DNA of 64,000 nucleotides, taken from contig NC_134031.1 of NCBI RefSeq assembly GCF_964204645.1, forward strand, positions 5,766,001 to 5,830,000, written 5' to 3'. The translations under genes and the position numbers were made by a program. The notes under the pieces are model-generated. The model searched no databases, had not been told where the DNA came from, and saw only the letters and a program-made list of their open reading frames with translations. The DNA is from Tubulanus polymorphus (lineage: Eukaryota > Animalia > Nemertea). Shown one piece after another: positions 14,401 through 25,683 of this stretch; the first letter of the stretch is position 1, and every line of letters begins with the position of its first letter.

Positions 14401-15866
14401 ACTTGGTTGGTATTGAGTACGGTCGACTGCATGGCAGAAGCGGATCCGGGAATTAAAGAAGAGGGGGTGCATTTAAACGGAGGTTTGGGGGACCTCCCTA
14501 GGAAATTTGAAAAAAAAGATCGGAAATGCTCTCTGAGCAGCTACAGTGATTCTTATACATAAGCAGCTTGCAAAAATGTTATCTTTGCAAAAGATTGGGG
14601 CCCGTAAATCTGTCCCTGGCAATCACTGACTCCTGATGAATTGTTTTTCTATTTTTCAGTTGTACCGTTTAACATTCTGGACGCGGCACAGTCGACAGTT
14701 ACGGGTTGACCTGGACTACGCTCGGCTGACCCGTTCCGATAATTCTTCTAAACAATCGAAAACCAGCGAAACGGTCGGTTTCATACGATCAAATGTGACT
14801 TTAATGTCGGCGACGCCTTCGCTAAAAGCGAACGGCAGCATTAACGAAAACGATGGCGACATCGAAAAAAATCAGGCAGACGGAGATCGAATAATGATGA
14901 ATAACGGGGAAACAATTATCAAACAACCTCAGGTCGTCGATCAGGAGTTAGACATATCACCTCAACCTACGGAAATTAAAAGTAGGTTTCATAAAATGGC
15001 ACTTAGAACCCTTTCAGTGCTGATTGATTGATACCGTAAAGTACTGGGGATAATCTAAGAAAATTCCACCCCAGTGTGTTGAATAACAGGTACACTGCTG
15101 TAGTGCATCTACACTGCGGTGCGGTGTATTGTTAGTTACTAATATTTAAGTTTGACAGGTGTAGCCATCTTTGATCAGAGATGAACACGTAACTACTAAT
15201 TACATCAATACACCGCAAAGCGTCGTATCTGTGTAAGTCCACCGATTTATACACTGTACTGTGGTGTAGACGCTCTGAAAGGGTTAATTACTGCATTTTC
15301 TCGTTGAGAAAAAAACATCTAAATTGTTGGTAGTTTTATACAAACAGTGAAAATTGTAAATGCAGCTATTGACCCTGCAGCCTGGGAACCACCTCATTTA
15401 TATATCAAACATGGTTGGCTTGATAAAACCACTTATTGTCTGGCAATTTGAGACCACTTGTTCTTCATTAGAAATGTCTGAGGTAATGACTCTAACAAAG
15501 GTGAAGCCTAGATTGATCAAAAATTGAAAGATAAGATTGTGTAAGAAGGGTGGAGGCTGCATATCGATAAATGCCTGCAATAGTGTGCCCGCTTTTAGCT
15601 CTAAATATTGACATGTTGTGTAAACATATTGCTTGTAATTTGTAGGTACGCTAGCAGCTCATTCGCCGTGGTGGAAAACTGCGTTATTGTGGATTTGTGG
15701 AATAGAACGACAGACGGATACGTCTGCCGTAGATGAAGAGGTTCGACAGGCAGCTCAAGAGAAACTCATGTCGTTAGAAGAATCGAAACTAGGCTGGTGG
15801 ACGTGTAATATCAACGCGATCGTATTGATCATCGCGGCGGTCGGGTTATTCATTTACTTCGCGTGA
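1519..15866 (+). CDS. SLC5 (SGLT/SMIT-type) sodium:glucose/myo-inositol cotransporter, 14 exons, 718 aa
   Basis: Exons 1519-1614, 3197-3265, 4060-4164, 5122-5181, 7490-7594, 8480-8666, 10595-10800, 11559-11694, 11903-12010, 12737-12887, 13261-13429, 13976-14197, 14660-14981 and 15646-15866; all GT-AG, phases consistent, total 2157 nt. SSF hallmarks: [90 protein letters not shown]. The paralogue (SLC5A1/A9/A3-like) cannot be assigned by eye. Confidence 0.95.
3766..3925. repeat. Degenerate minisatellite (AGAAAATTCTGGAAAACAGAAATG-like unit)
   Basis: The unit recurs about 4-5 times in SLC5 intron 2. Confidence 0.7.
5873..6230. mobile_element. Harbinger/PIF-type MITE
   Basis: ~45-bp terminal inverted repeats (GCCTAGGGCACATCGACACTGCGATTGGAGACAACTAGTTGC ... 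GCAACTAGTTGTCTCCAATCGCAGTGTCGATGTGCGCTAGGC), flanked by TTA on both sides. Confidence 0.8.
7783..7926. mobile_element. Hairpin MITE (TAAGACC-rich family)
   Basis: Imperfect inverted ends GGGCAGGTTTCGTAGTC...GACTATGGAACCGGCCCC; related copies are clustered at 42474-42805. Confidence 0.6.
8381..8411. repeat. (TA)n microsatellite
   Basis: Direct reading. Confidence 0.95.
9278..9496. mobile_element. pogo/Tigger-like MITE
   Basis: Inverted ends TACAGTAGACCTCACTTACCTC ... GAGGTAAGCACGGTCTACTG with TA/CAGT termini. Confidence 0.55.
15009..15283. mobile_element. piggyBac-like MITE (second copy at 33777-33971)
   Basis: TIRs CCCTTTCAGTGC ... GCTCTGAAAGGG followed by TTAA; a homologous, shorter copy lies at 33777-33971. 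Confidence 0.7.
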
Positions 15867-16235
15867 TTGACGACAGTGGAACCTCGTTATAACAACACTG
15901 GTTACTACGATTGATCGGTGTTTTTAAGGCGCGGACATGCTGGACGATCATTGACGGAATCACCTGACTCAACCGTCACGTCTGCCGTAGATGAAGAGGT
16001 TCGACAGGCAGCTCAAGAGAAACTCATGTCGTTAGAAGAATCGAAACTAGGCTGGTGGACGTGTAATATCAACGCGATCGTATTGATCATCGCGGCGGTC
16101 GGGTTATTCATTTACTTCGCGTGATTGACGACAGTGGAACCTCGTTATAACAACACTGGTTACTACGATTGATCGGTGTTTTTAAGGCGCGGACATGCTG
16201 GACGATCATTGACGGAATCACCTGACTCAACCGTC
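15720..16235 (+). repeat. Exact 258-bp tandem duplication covering the SLC5 C-terminal coding end, stop codon and start of the 3' UTR
   Basis: 15720-15977 equals 15978-16235, with no mismatch seen. Confidence 0.95.
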
Positions 16236-16757
16236 AGCGATTTGCTGAGCTATATGATCACCGAGCTGAGAGAAGCTGACGCATTCGACGGCGCTTTCGG
16301 TGACTGTTTGCGCCGCTGTTGTGAAATACGCTAGTGCCACTCTTTAGAAAATCTAGTCGCTATTCGGTAATCGTATCAACCATCGGAGAACCGTCATTGG
16401 CCGGTTAGTACTTCGATCGAGGCGTATGATCACCATAGCCTGACGCACAAGCCCATTTGGTCGACTCAGTCGCTAAAGGCATTCTTCAAGCGCCAACCCG
16501 GACATGCAAGGCAATTTTACCGACGATTCAATCGCGCAGTTAAATCACCTAGGACTGGTTTTATAGACTAGTTTCCTTTAACCCGGGGGGCTAAATCAAT
16601 TCATTTTCAATTGAGTTAGCCCCCGGGTTAAAGGTGATTCCAGTCTATGGAACGGATCCCTAGTGTTTTCTCTTGCTGTACAAACCTAGAAAATCGTGCG
16701 AAATAGGAAATGTATTTCAATACTTTTAGTGAATTTCGTTGTAACGAGGTTCTACTG
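16132..16757. mobile_element. pogo/Tigger-like non-autonomous element with a nested hairpin MITE (about 16550-16642)
   Basis: TIR CAGTGGAACCTCGTTATAAC ... GTTGTAACGAGGTTCTACTG-TA; the left TIR is also duplicated at 15874. Nested palindrome CCTTTAACCCGGGGGGCTAA...TTAGCCCCCGGGTTAAAGG. The same TIR family occurs at 45357-45530. Confidence 0.7.
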
Positions 16758-16898
16758 TACTTCTGCGGTCTAGATTCAGGTGCGGGTAATTGAGTGGCTT
16801 CAAGATAATCTCAGATTTCGGCTCCCTCGATGACACGGGAATCGATGTTGAAATTCCGTTGTCATAGGTCCTATTCTGACCAGCTCAAAAACCTGAAT

Positions 16899-17041
16899 TA
16901 CGGTAAACCTCGCCTCACTAGTATCAACTGGCACTGACAAAATTGGTCCGAGGTGAAGGCAGGAAAATGTGAAGAAAATCGTAAAAATGATTTCGTCTTT
17001 GTCCTGATTTTGTGAGTCGGAGTAAGGCGAGGTTTACTGTA
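16899..17041. mobile_element. pogo-like MITE
   Basis: Inverted ends TACGGTAAACCTCGCCTCACT ... AGTAAGGCGAGGTTTACTGTA with TA flanks. Confidence 0.65.
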
Positions 17042-17298
17042 TGATTGTGTACTATGAAAAAGGTTACGTGTTGCTTATGGCGTTCAGGTTAGATTTTATG
17101 CAGGGTGTGAAGCGAATGTCGATGTTTATTTAGCGCTAAATCAATGCAATTTTATGGATGTAAATTTCTAGACTAACTGTTCGTGTTCTTGCTCCAAATC
17201 GTTCGAATTTTGAAATTGTATAAAGCAGATCAGCTTCAAACTAGGACCTGATGATTCACTGTTCGACAAACTTATCCGTCTTATCCGTCTTAATTATG

Positions 17299-17770
17299 TA
17301 GGGGAGCGTCCAAAAATTACGTACCTCTAATTGGGGGAGGGGTTACTGAATTTTGGTACAAAGTGGTACATGGGGGGAGCGGGGGTCAGCAAAAAAGGTA
17401 CGTACTTTGAGGGAGGGGGTATTAATCAATCTTGGTACGTACTTTATGCACCAAACTCAAATGAAAATAGTGTTTTATCGCGGCCTTTAGTGACTTGTTC
17501 AAGTGACTTGTAGTAGACTTCAACTGGGAATTCCCCATACCAGGTACCAGTATCGATCTTACATGCACTTGTTGGAATCTGGTATTTATATTTTTTTATA
17601 TTTTGTTTTGATTTGTGTTCTTTGCATCAATATAATTTGGGGGGTGGTCATGGGTACCATGGTACGTACCTATGAGGGGGGTCAGTGAATTTGGTACAAA
17701 GGTGGTACAAGAGGGATGGGGGTCAGAAAAACGGGAGATTTTGAGGTACGTAATTTCTGGACGCTTCCTA
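17299..17770. mobile_element. MITE with GGGAGCGTCCA(A/G)AAATTACGTACCTC TIRs
   Basis: ~27-bp inverted termini with TA flanks; internal repeats of GAATTTGGTACAAAG. Confidence 0.75.
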
Positions 17771-18240
17771 GTGCCGGATCTAGAGTCAAACTTAACCCAC
17801 GTGGAACTTGGTCCACAGCCTTTATACGAAGTCCACAACTTCCCAACTGAGTCTCGAATCACTGTGCAACTGATTTCCTGGATTAATCACAGACAAGACT
17901 CCAAGCGCGGTGTAATTGAACGAACATCCGCCGATTACATGACCCGCGATTGAACCAACAATAAGTCGAGCTCACATTCGTGTGTACTATACTGGGATAG
18001 AATATAATATGTTTTATTGCTCGACAAAAATACAATTGCTTAGAGCACAAAGACAAAATAAAAGTTTATGGAAATTTACTGATACCTCACCGTGCTTCAA
18101 TGTTCATATTCCTCCACGGGCTACTGTCGCAGGCTTCCAAAAATGATGGAGTGGGCTTAGTTTTATTCTACGCGATAAAATTAGTTATTTACGATCAGTC
18201 TAATGATTATTGCATTTAAGAGCAAGATTACCGGTATATG

Positions 18241-18245
<5 letters not shown>

Positions 18246-18290
<45 letters not shown>

Positions 18291-18320
18291 ATATATATGT
18301 GTATATATATGTATATGTAC
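18246..18320. repeat. (TA)n/(TG) microsatellite
   Basis: Direct reading. Confidence 0.9.
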
Positions 18321-18448
18321 AAAAATGAAGATTCAACACGATTGTTAAAGATTTTGCGAGCGTTTATACATCAAATGTATCTTGTATCGATTGTATTTAT
18401 TATGTTGTTTACTTTGGCTAAACAAAAAATGTTAGTATTTATTATACG

Positions 18449-19292
18449 CAGGGGCGGATCCAGGGGGATGGGTAGACAGTATTGGAAGGAAATTTAAGGG
18501 CACCTTTCTGATCTTAGGGCACACCCAGTATCCAGGTCAATGCGAGCGCCGAAGGCGCGAAGTCCTTAGAGGGGGGTCTGGGGGCCCACCCCAAAAAATT
18601 TGAAAATATGGTACCATTTAAAGGCTTTTAGAGGGCTTCTAGAGGCTAGCAGAGCAATCCAGAATAAACGAATTCGAGACAAGATTTCAACACATGCGGA
18701 TAAAAAATGAAGCTGGCGAACCCATGAAAGAATGGTTGTCGCCAACTTCGCCTAGTGCCCCTATAATCTTTAAAAGTGCCCCTTAACAATTATACAGAAT
18801 ACGGCTAAGTGCCCCTTCATTGTTAACAATCGGCAAAAATTGCCTCGTCTTCACATTTGTCCTTATGTCGTGTGCCATCTTCCAAACCAAAAGTGCCCCT
18901 AAAATTTTAAAAATTAGGCAAAACAGTGCCCTTTTCTTCAACATTTTCAGCGTATAGTGCCCTCTCCTAAAGTACGAGTGCCCCTTTAGCCCTCCCTGAA
19001 AAGGCAAGGAAGGACAAGGTGCCCTCATCTAAAGCATGAGTGCCCCTTGCAAAAGGAAAGTGCCCTTTTTAATTTATCATGATTAAAGGCTTTACAAATA
19101 TAATTATCTCTCCTCACTTTCTTGGCAGCAGTATACACCGATTAATTTTATAATTATGCCCGCATTACGGACACGGAATTAGCGGTTGCTGAAATAATGC
19201 CGTAAAAATATTGCCGGTGAAATTTCGAAGGGCACTTAAAAATTCTAGACCGTATTGGGCAATACGGCTAATACGGTCTGGATCCGCCCCTG
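18449..19292. mobile_element. Non-autonomous DNA transposon with CAGGGGCGGATCCAG TIRs and a 5-bp TSD (ATACG)
   Basis: Perfect 15-bp TIRs; ATACG at 18444-18448 and 19293-19297; many internal AGTGCCC repeats. Related ends lie near 14440, 22385, 27765, 33271-33512, 33532-34085, 38730, 53315-53567 and 62789. Confidence 0.85.
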
Positions 19293-21008
19293 ATACGAAG
19301 CACGTTTCTAATATAGCGTTATGTACCTAACTCACGGCGGGGTTAAAGTTCTTTGTACCGAGTCGCGGTTCTGACCTTAGAATGGCTGGTTTTAAAAACC
19401 ACCGCATTTCCGTACGAAACGAGCAACATTTTTATTCAAAGAGGCTGACGAAAATTTCCAGTTCATGGACGTAACCGATCCCGAATTTTTAGAGGTCTGC
19501 CGTATAGCGGTAAAATTTTCTCATTAAGAAACGATTGTCGATTTTGTAAATTATTTTCAATGATGAATTTTAGATCATGTTCAGTCGAGTTTGTCTCAGT
19601 TTATGTCTTTCGCATAGGTTATGAAATGAGAGTGGCCGGTGCATATATTTGTGTGTCACGTGTTTTAACCGCGAGAAAAACGACGTACTTTTCATTGCCA
19701 AAAGAAATTTGAAGTGCTATCTTTTTTTCTGAATAAAGATAGTTATAACACTCCTACAAGAATCGATGTCTTCCGCCTTCTTAGTAGTATCAGGATTGTT
19801 ACAGGTTTTGGAAAATGGGATTTTTTTCCCGGCCATTGAAAAGCTATGGAATTTTTTTTTCTATCTAGCGATGGGAAAGAAATGGAAATCGGAAAATAGT
19901 CCCAAAATGAAATTTTCCTTCTACAGTGGAATTCGCAGAATTCGGATCATTTGGGACCAACAAAATTCATCCGGTTTACTGGACATCCGCAAGTCACTTC
20001 CCTGTATATAGATGAACAAATGGACGGCAAATATTGTCCGAATTAGAACAAAAATCCGGATACAACCGATACGGATTAAGCGGGTTTGACTACTTTTTAA
20101 CTTAATTTCTTGAAGTACGAGCTTTCGCTAAAAAAGGCGGATACGAAATGCAAGTAATTATAAAAAGCGCCCTACGACCACCTCTGTTACGTATCTGCCG
20201 ATGAAAATCATCGTAGGTAAGCGATTCTGAATGACAGTATGGGCGGACGCGGCTGTAAGTCATTTTAGACGGGCTCGTCGGAACAGTGGTGATCAGAGGC
20301 GCCACCCCTCCCGGACTGACGAAACTGATTCTCATGCCGCTGGATCGGGAAAATTCGAAACATTCAAAACCCATAATGATTTCATTTAACCATATTCATC
20401 AGTTTTCTCGTCGTATTGAATCTAACTAAAATTCTAATACACCATTGACGTTGCGAGGGGCGTTTCACTGATTTTCGTTTTACCAGATTCTCGGCGGTAC
20501 AAGAACATTCACAGCGGCGATAACGTGGTCATCACCTACAAAAAAAGTAAAAAAAAACACTTTATCCCTAGGCCTCCGAGGCTACGGGCAGCCTTTAAAT
20601 AGCCGTATTGGCCTTCCATCACTGTCTCGTTCTACCGACCATCCTAGCCTACGTATATCATGCGGAAAACTGAAGATAGTTTGAACACAGTTTTAAAAGT
20701 AGATCGTGGCATTAACTTAGAGGTTAGATTTCTCATTTTATCGATGACCTTGATTTCAGTAAAATACGAAGTAGAAAATATTCGTGTATTTCAGGAGAGA
20801 CTTGTGATAATATGATCCATATGTTCAAAACTCATGATATGTTTCGTGGGAGCACTGCTGCCTAATACTATATCATTATGAAGGATACATTTCTTTTGAC
20901 TGTGTAATTTTCTTTCCGCGCTAAGTATCGCTACAGAATTGAACGCGTGTTCGTCTACTGTGATTTGACTAGTGCGCGCAGTATCAAAACGTATACCACT
21001 CAAAGGCG

Positions 21009-21992
21009 ATGAAGCTTAACGCCACGGTCGTGAAAAAATGCTTCCCTAACGATCGCGTCATTTGGCATCTCGTCTCGGCGACTGTGATTGGACCGATCGG
21101 ATGGTTTGGTCTCGTCACTAACTCGCTAACTTTAGTCGTGCTATATCGACTGCATAAAATGAATAATTCCGCTACTTCGAATTTCGTTTTATTGTTACTG
21201 GCGGTTTTCGACATAGTCTGTTGCGTCGCGATCGTTATCTATAACCATTTAACTTGGGTTTTGAAACTTTCTCGCTATGGAACAGTGGCGCTGTATTTAG
21301 ATTCGGGTTTGGGAGCTCCTGAGCTTAACATAGCGGGCAACCTCCTCTCAAAATGGGGAAGTTATATTCGCAACAGTTTGACCTTATTAGTGACGTTCGA
21401 TCGAGCATTTCATATTTGTTTTCCGCTTAAAGCTAAGAGATATTGGAATCTGAAACATTGTTATGCATTTTCAGCCTTTTGGATTTTCGTATGGACTGGA
21501 GTACAGTCATATCGTTCTCTGAACCGACGCGTCGGGTTATCAAAATTAACATGCACTTACGGCCTCACTGTCTTCGATGGCAAATCGGTTTACGATCCCC
21601 ACAAATATTCGTATTTGTTAGAAAGTATTTTCTCCACATATGTGCCATTCGCGCTTGTACCTCTACTGAATTTGGTCATGATAATCAAATTACAACTTCA
21701 CGCTAAAAATAGGAACCAACTGACCAGTACAGACACTAAACAAACGAAACAAGATGGGACAGCGCACAGAATGGTATTTGTGGCATCCAGTATATTTATG
21801 GTGTCAGTTTCCCCTGATATGTTTTTCAATGTTTTAAGACTCTATTTACCATGGTCTGATATCTGGTGGGTTTTACTTTTGAATGACGTTTTTCAAGCCC
21901 TGAATTCGGCGGTAAACGGTATATTTTACTACGTGTACAGCAAAAACTTTAAAGAACAAATGAACTCGTTGTTACGCCGTGGACGATCGTAG
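21009..21992 (+). CDS. Intronless class A (rhodopsin-like) GPCR, peptide/FMRFamide-receptor-like orphan, 327 aa
   Basis: Seven hydrophobic segments: TM1 GLVTN, TM2 LAVFD, TM3 TFDRAFHICFP (DRY variant), TM5 YVPF..N, TM7 LNSAVNGIFY and helix 8 SKNFKEQ. Confidence 0.88.
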   Translation: MKLNATVVKKCFPNDRVIWHLVSATVIGPIGWFGLVTNSLTLVVLYRLHKMNNSATSNFVLLLLAVFDIVCCVAIVIYNHLTWVLKLSRYGTVALYLDSGLGAPELNIAGNLLSKWGSYIRNSLTLLVTFDRAFHICFPLKAKRYWNLKHCYAFSAFWIFVWTGVQSYRSLNRRVGLSKLTCTYGLTVFDGKSVYDPHKYSYLLESIFSTYVPFALVPLLNLVMIIKLQLHAKNRNQLTSTDTKQTKQDGTAHRMVFVASSIFMVSVSPDMFFNVLRLYLPWSDIWWVLLLNDVFQALNSAVNGIFYYVYSKNFKEQMNSLLRRGRS

Positions 21993-23344
21993 GGATTGAT
22001 TGGTTTGTTTTTCGAAAAGGCCACACGCTGAAACCGATTTCCTTAAGCTATGAGGCTCGTTCGTTCAACTTTCAAATCGAATAGAGCAATGGTTTGATGA
22101 AATCATGCTTGGCTGTTGTTGATAGTTACCTATCCAGAGGGGGTTTCAGGGTTCGTGACACCCCCCCCCCCCTGCTTGGCAACCAAAAAATGTTTAATCG
22201 TTTTCTTGTAGGAATGTACTCAAGACAAAGCGGACGGACAGCCACATAATCGGTATACCATATCATCTTATGTTTGGCCACACAATTATTGTGATGTCGT
22301 AGGGCCCCTTTCATTAGAGATTTTAGTAGGCAGTTTAACATTAACATTTTCTATGAACCCCCTCCTGGAAAAAAGTCCTGGATCCGCGCCTGACATGGTT
22401 TTTCCACTACAATGGAGAGTGACTTAAACATCTATCGCCTCATCCGAAATGGTTAGATAATTACAAGACTCAAGTAAAGCCTAATTTCATCGCAACTTTT
22501 AATTAACAATTATGTATTCAAATTTTACGGAAAACTCCGAATATCAATGTAGGCAGATTTATACATGTAAGTGTTCCGGTTATAATGTTTGTGTTGAAAC
22601 TGGCTGGTGGTTACACCATGTGTCATGAAAGAATATGTCATTATATCCTAAATATTTTTGAAAATGTACATCATGGTCTGGTAATTTGTGCCTCAGAAAC
22701 CTCGCAGATTCGACCAGTTCAGGGAAATTGCCATGTTCGTTTTACTGAGTAACTGTTTTTTTAACGCGCGCATCAAGCCCCACAGGTTTCTCCTAAAAGG
22801 GCAATGAATTGTTTAGTATCTCTAGTGAAAAGCTGCCAGCCATGAGTGCTGAAACTTATTATAACTATAGATAATAAACAAATGTTGCAATTGCGTTTAG
22901 TGCAAATGATTCTAGATTTTAATGGAAAGAACAAAACAATTAAATCGTTCCAAGCTGATCAACATCGTAAGTAAACTTCTACCAATTACCAGGACCAATT
23001 ACTTTTATGGTAAACGTATTTACAAAACTTAAGCAGGCCGTCAAAATATCTCCCAGACCTCGCAACTGCAGAAACCAATAGAAACAGATTATCCGCTTTT
23101 GCCGGCAGACGTATAGGATGTATTTATAAGTGGTTAAGTTTGATTTGAAACGAAAGAGAACGAAATACGTGTATTGAGGAAATCTAACCATCTAACACCC
23201 GAAATGATCCATGGTCACCCAGCCCCACTTAGATTTTGTCGGTCTATTATTTATGGTATTAATTAGTTCGCAGAAATTCCACTAGGTGACCATACGGCGC
23301 TGCCACCAAGTGAAATAGGTTCATATTTTGTAAATGTCTATATT

Positions 23345-23430
23345 TCATATTTTGTATTCAATCTTGCCTCCATGTACCATTCTTATGGTTGGAGTGAAAT
23401 AAATATCTTAATCTTAATCTTAATCTTAAT
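23345..23430 (+). mobile_element. Probable LINE 3' tail ending in (ATCTTA)n
   Basis: AATAAA immediately followed by four ATCTTA repeats, typical of CR1/L2-group 3' ends. Confidence 0.45.
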
Positions 23431-23854
23431 AGGGCTCGACTATGATAAGCATCTTGTCATGCCCTGCGTAATTTGTTGCATGAAATAATTCCTTTTAAGG
23501 GCTTACATGGAATGAGACTAAGAATAACTGGCGAATCTGTTTTCAACAATCTGTTTATGCATGAAAAGTATTTTTTATTCTAATGATTCATTAAAAAAAC
23601 TTCCTAGTTATATATATAGTATAGTGATTTAAAATACGGGGAAATAGAAGTGTGATAAAACCCATCCCACGTTGGTCGAAATTTACCTGTATAAAGGAAT
23701 TCCGTGAATAATCATTACATACAGCGATGCGTATTTTCACGCGTACAATACACTCATTCAGCTGCGTACTTTTCAAAAGAGGATGCGATTATGCAATACC
23801 ACGAAATACCGCAGCAATACCTCAACCAAACTGTTAGAATAGCCCGTACACTCC

Positions 23855-24175
23855 ATCCTCCCTGGGCAGGGATTCGAACCTGATTGCATCGCTACACTCA
23901 GCCACGGCACGAACCGTGGCAATCTCGATGCCAACAGATTCGAATCCCTGCCGAGGGCAGATTACTCAGACGTGGAGAACAAATAACGTGCTCAAAACCT
24001 ACTATATACAGAATTCAAAAGATTAAAATCGAATTTTATTTATCAAAAAATTTAAAATCAAAATACACTCGCTCGCACATGACGATGATCTCTAGTGAGA
24101 GTCCGAAACGTCGTGTATTTTGGTTTGAATTCTTGAAATTCGATTTTATTCTTTGAAAATTCTGTATATAGTGAC
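23855..24175. mobile_element. Composite palindromic repeat: back-to-back tRNA-like (B-box) heads plus a long inverted repeat with a degenerate hammerhead in the loop
   Basis: GGGATTCGAACC (reverse B box) near 23870 and GATTCGAATCCC near 23937. Inverted repeat of about 24003-24068 with 24113-24172 around ATGACGA-stem-GAAACGTC (24079-24112). Homologous to 46640-46910. Confidence 0.6.
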
Positions 24176-25646
24176 TTTAACCCTTATTATGAACCAAATG
24201 TATCTAGACAGGGTGTATAACAGGTGGGAGTTTTTTTAAATGTTTACCCGAAATATGCTAGAAGTTTTGAAATTGCTCCTAGTTGAGTCTGATTTTCAAA
24301 AATGGCCCCGCGCGAGTTCTCCCAGGACCCGACATCAGCGCGAGCACCATAAAAAAAGTCCCACTTTCATGGAAATCGAACAACCAACATAGTCTTTTGT
24401 TGATCACGCAGAATATTCATTTCTTCGCTGGCCTTGGTATATATTTTCTGAAAACATTTTCAAAATAAATTGCCCATGGGCAGTGTGGTTTACCTTGAAA
24501 GCTAGAGTTTGTTTGGAGTAGGGCATTGCTTGAGAAATCTTTTTAATTCGTGACTTCAAAGTTCTAGAAGTTTATATTGTATTTTATCTTTCTTAAAGAA
24601 TTATTTTGTAGTCAAATAAGACCAAAGATAGACACTTGTTTATGGTCTACGTCCAAAATTTCGTAGGGTTCAGGTAGGCGCGGCAGGGAAACTATTTTAT
24701 ATTTTCAAACAAATATTTTTCACAATATGAAAAAATATTAAAATAAAATTCATATGATGTCACATATCAGAGGGTGGCTGAATATTGAGTCTCGGTAACG
24801 AAACCTCTTCCAATTTATGGCCGCGGAAGCTAAAACACCGGGGCGTAGTATTAGATCGTTTTAAATCCTGGGATTTACCACCACAATATTCGGACCTCGA
24901 CCTATACCTATAGTTTGCTGCTTAGCATTTTCAGGTCACAAGAAATTACAATTTATTACGAATTCTATCAAACAGAAAACACAGCGCTCATCTTCTGCTA
25001 CGACGATTATTCAGCCTGTTATCATACCAAACGTGCACGCGTTACAGCGCATCACCATGTAGTAGTCTATATGAGCGTGAGTTTGTGTGTGCAACAGTCT
25101 AATGTTCAGCACTCCCGCGCACGTTGAGGCCGTGTGTAGTGAACGTTCGCTTCACATCAATCTCAATCAACACAATCACCGGGTATTAAAATGAAACAAT
25201 ACCTATGGCGATATGTGAAATAATTATATTCTCACCAGCAATTTAAAATTCGAACATAATACGGCACCTAGTCCAATGAAACGTCCGCCATTAATGGCCT
25301 TCCCATAATTATTTTAGTAGCGCCGGAATTCCCCGTATATCCCAAAAACAGCCAATCACATTCGCGACGCCCCCCAATCGAGGTCATTGCAATTTTATAC
25401 GCAAGAGCTAAGAATTTTCCCGCCAAAAACAGTTTTTCGTCGAATTTAAACAAAGTTGACCATGTCATCGACGGAGGTTCGTCATGTCTTCTGAATCGCA
25501 TCGATTACACATCGTTTAACCCGAGAACCAATGAAAAAATGCTCACATAAAAAACGTACCGCGATTTTACATGAATTGGCTCAATGCCAACCTCATACTG
25601 CTGACTAAGGTAAACCAAAAAACCCAATTTCAAGAATACATCTAAC

Positions 25647-25683
25647 CATGGACGTATAAACTAGACTAGTTTATACGTCCATG
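25647..25683. mobile_element. 37-bp perfect hairpin insertion with a 7-bp TSD
   Basis: CATGGACGTATAAACTAG-A-CTAGTTTATACGTCCATG flanked by ATCTAAC on both sides; a degenerate relative lies at 32455-32488. Confidence 0.75.

Noticed and set aside
15918-16124. 68-aa ORF as a separate gene or readthrough extension
   Set aside because: It is the second copy of the tandem duplication, has a GTG start, and two in-frame stops precede it.
23865-23950. GGTTCGAATCCC sites as tRNA genes (also near 44395, 44627, 46663 and 60388)
   Set aside because: No cloverleaf or anticodon arm; treated as repeat heads.
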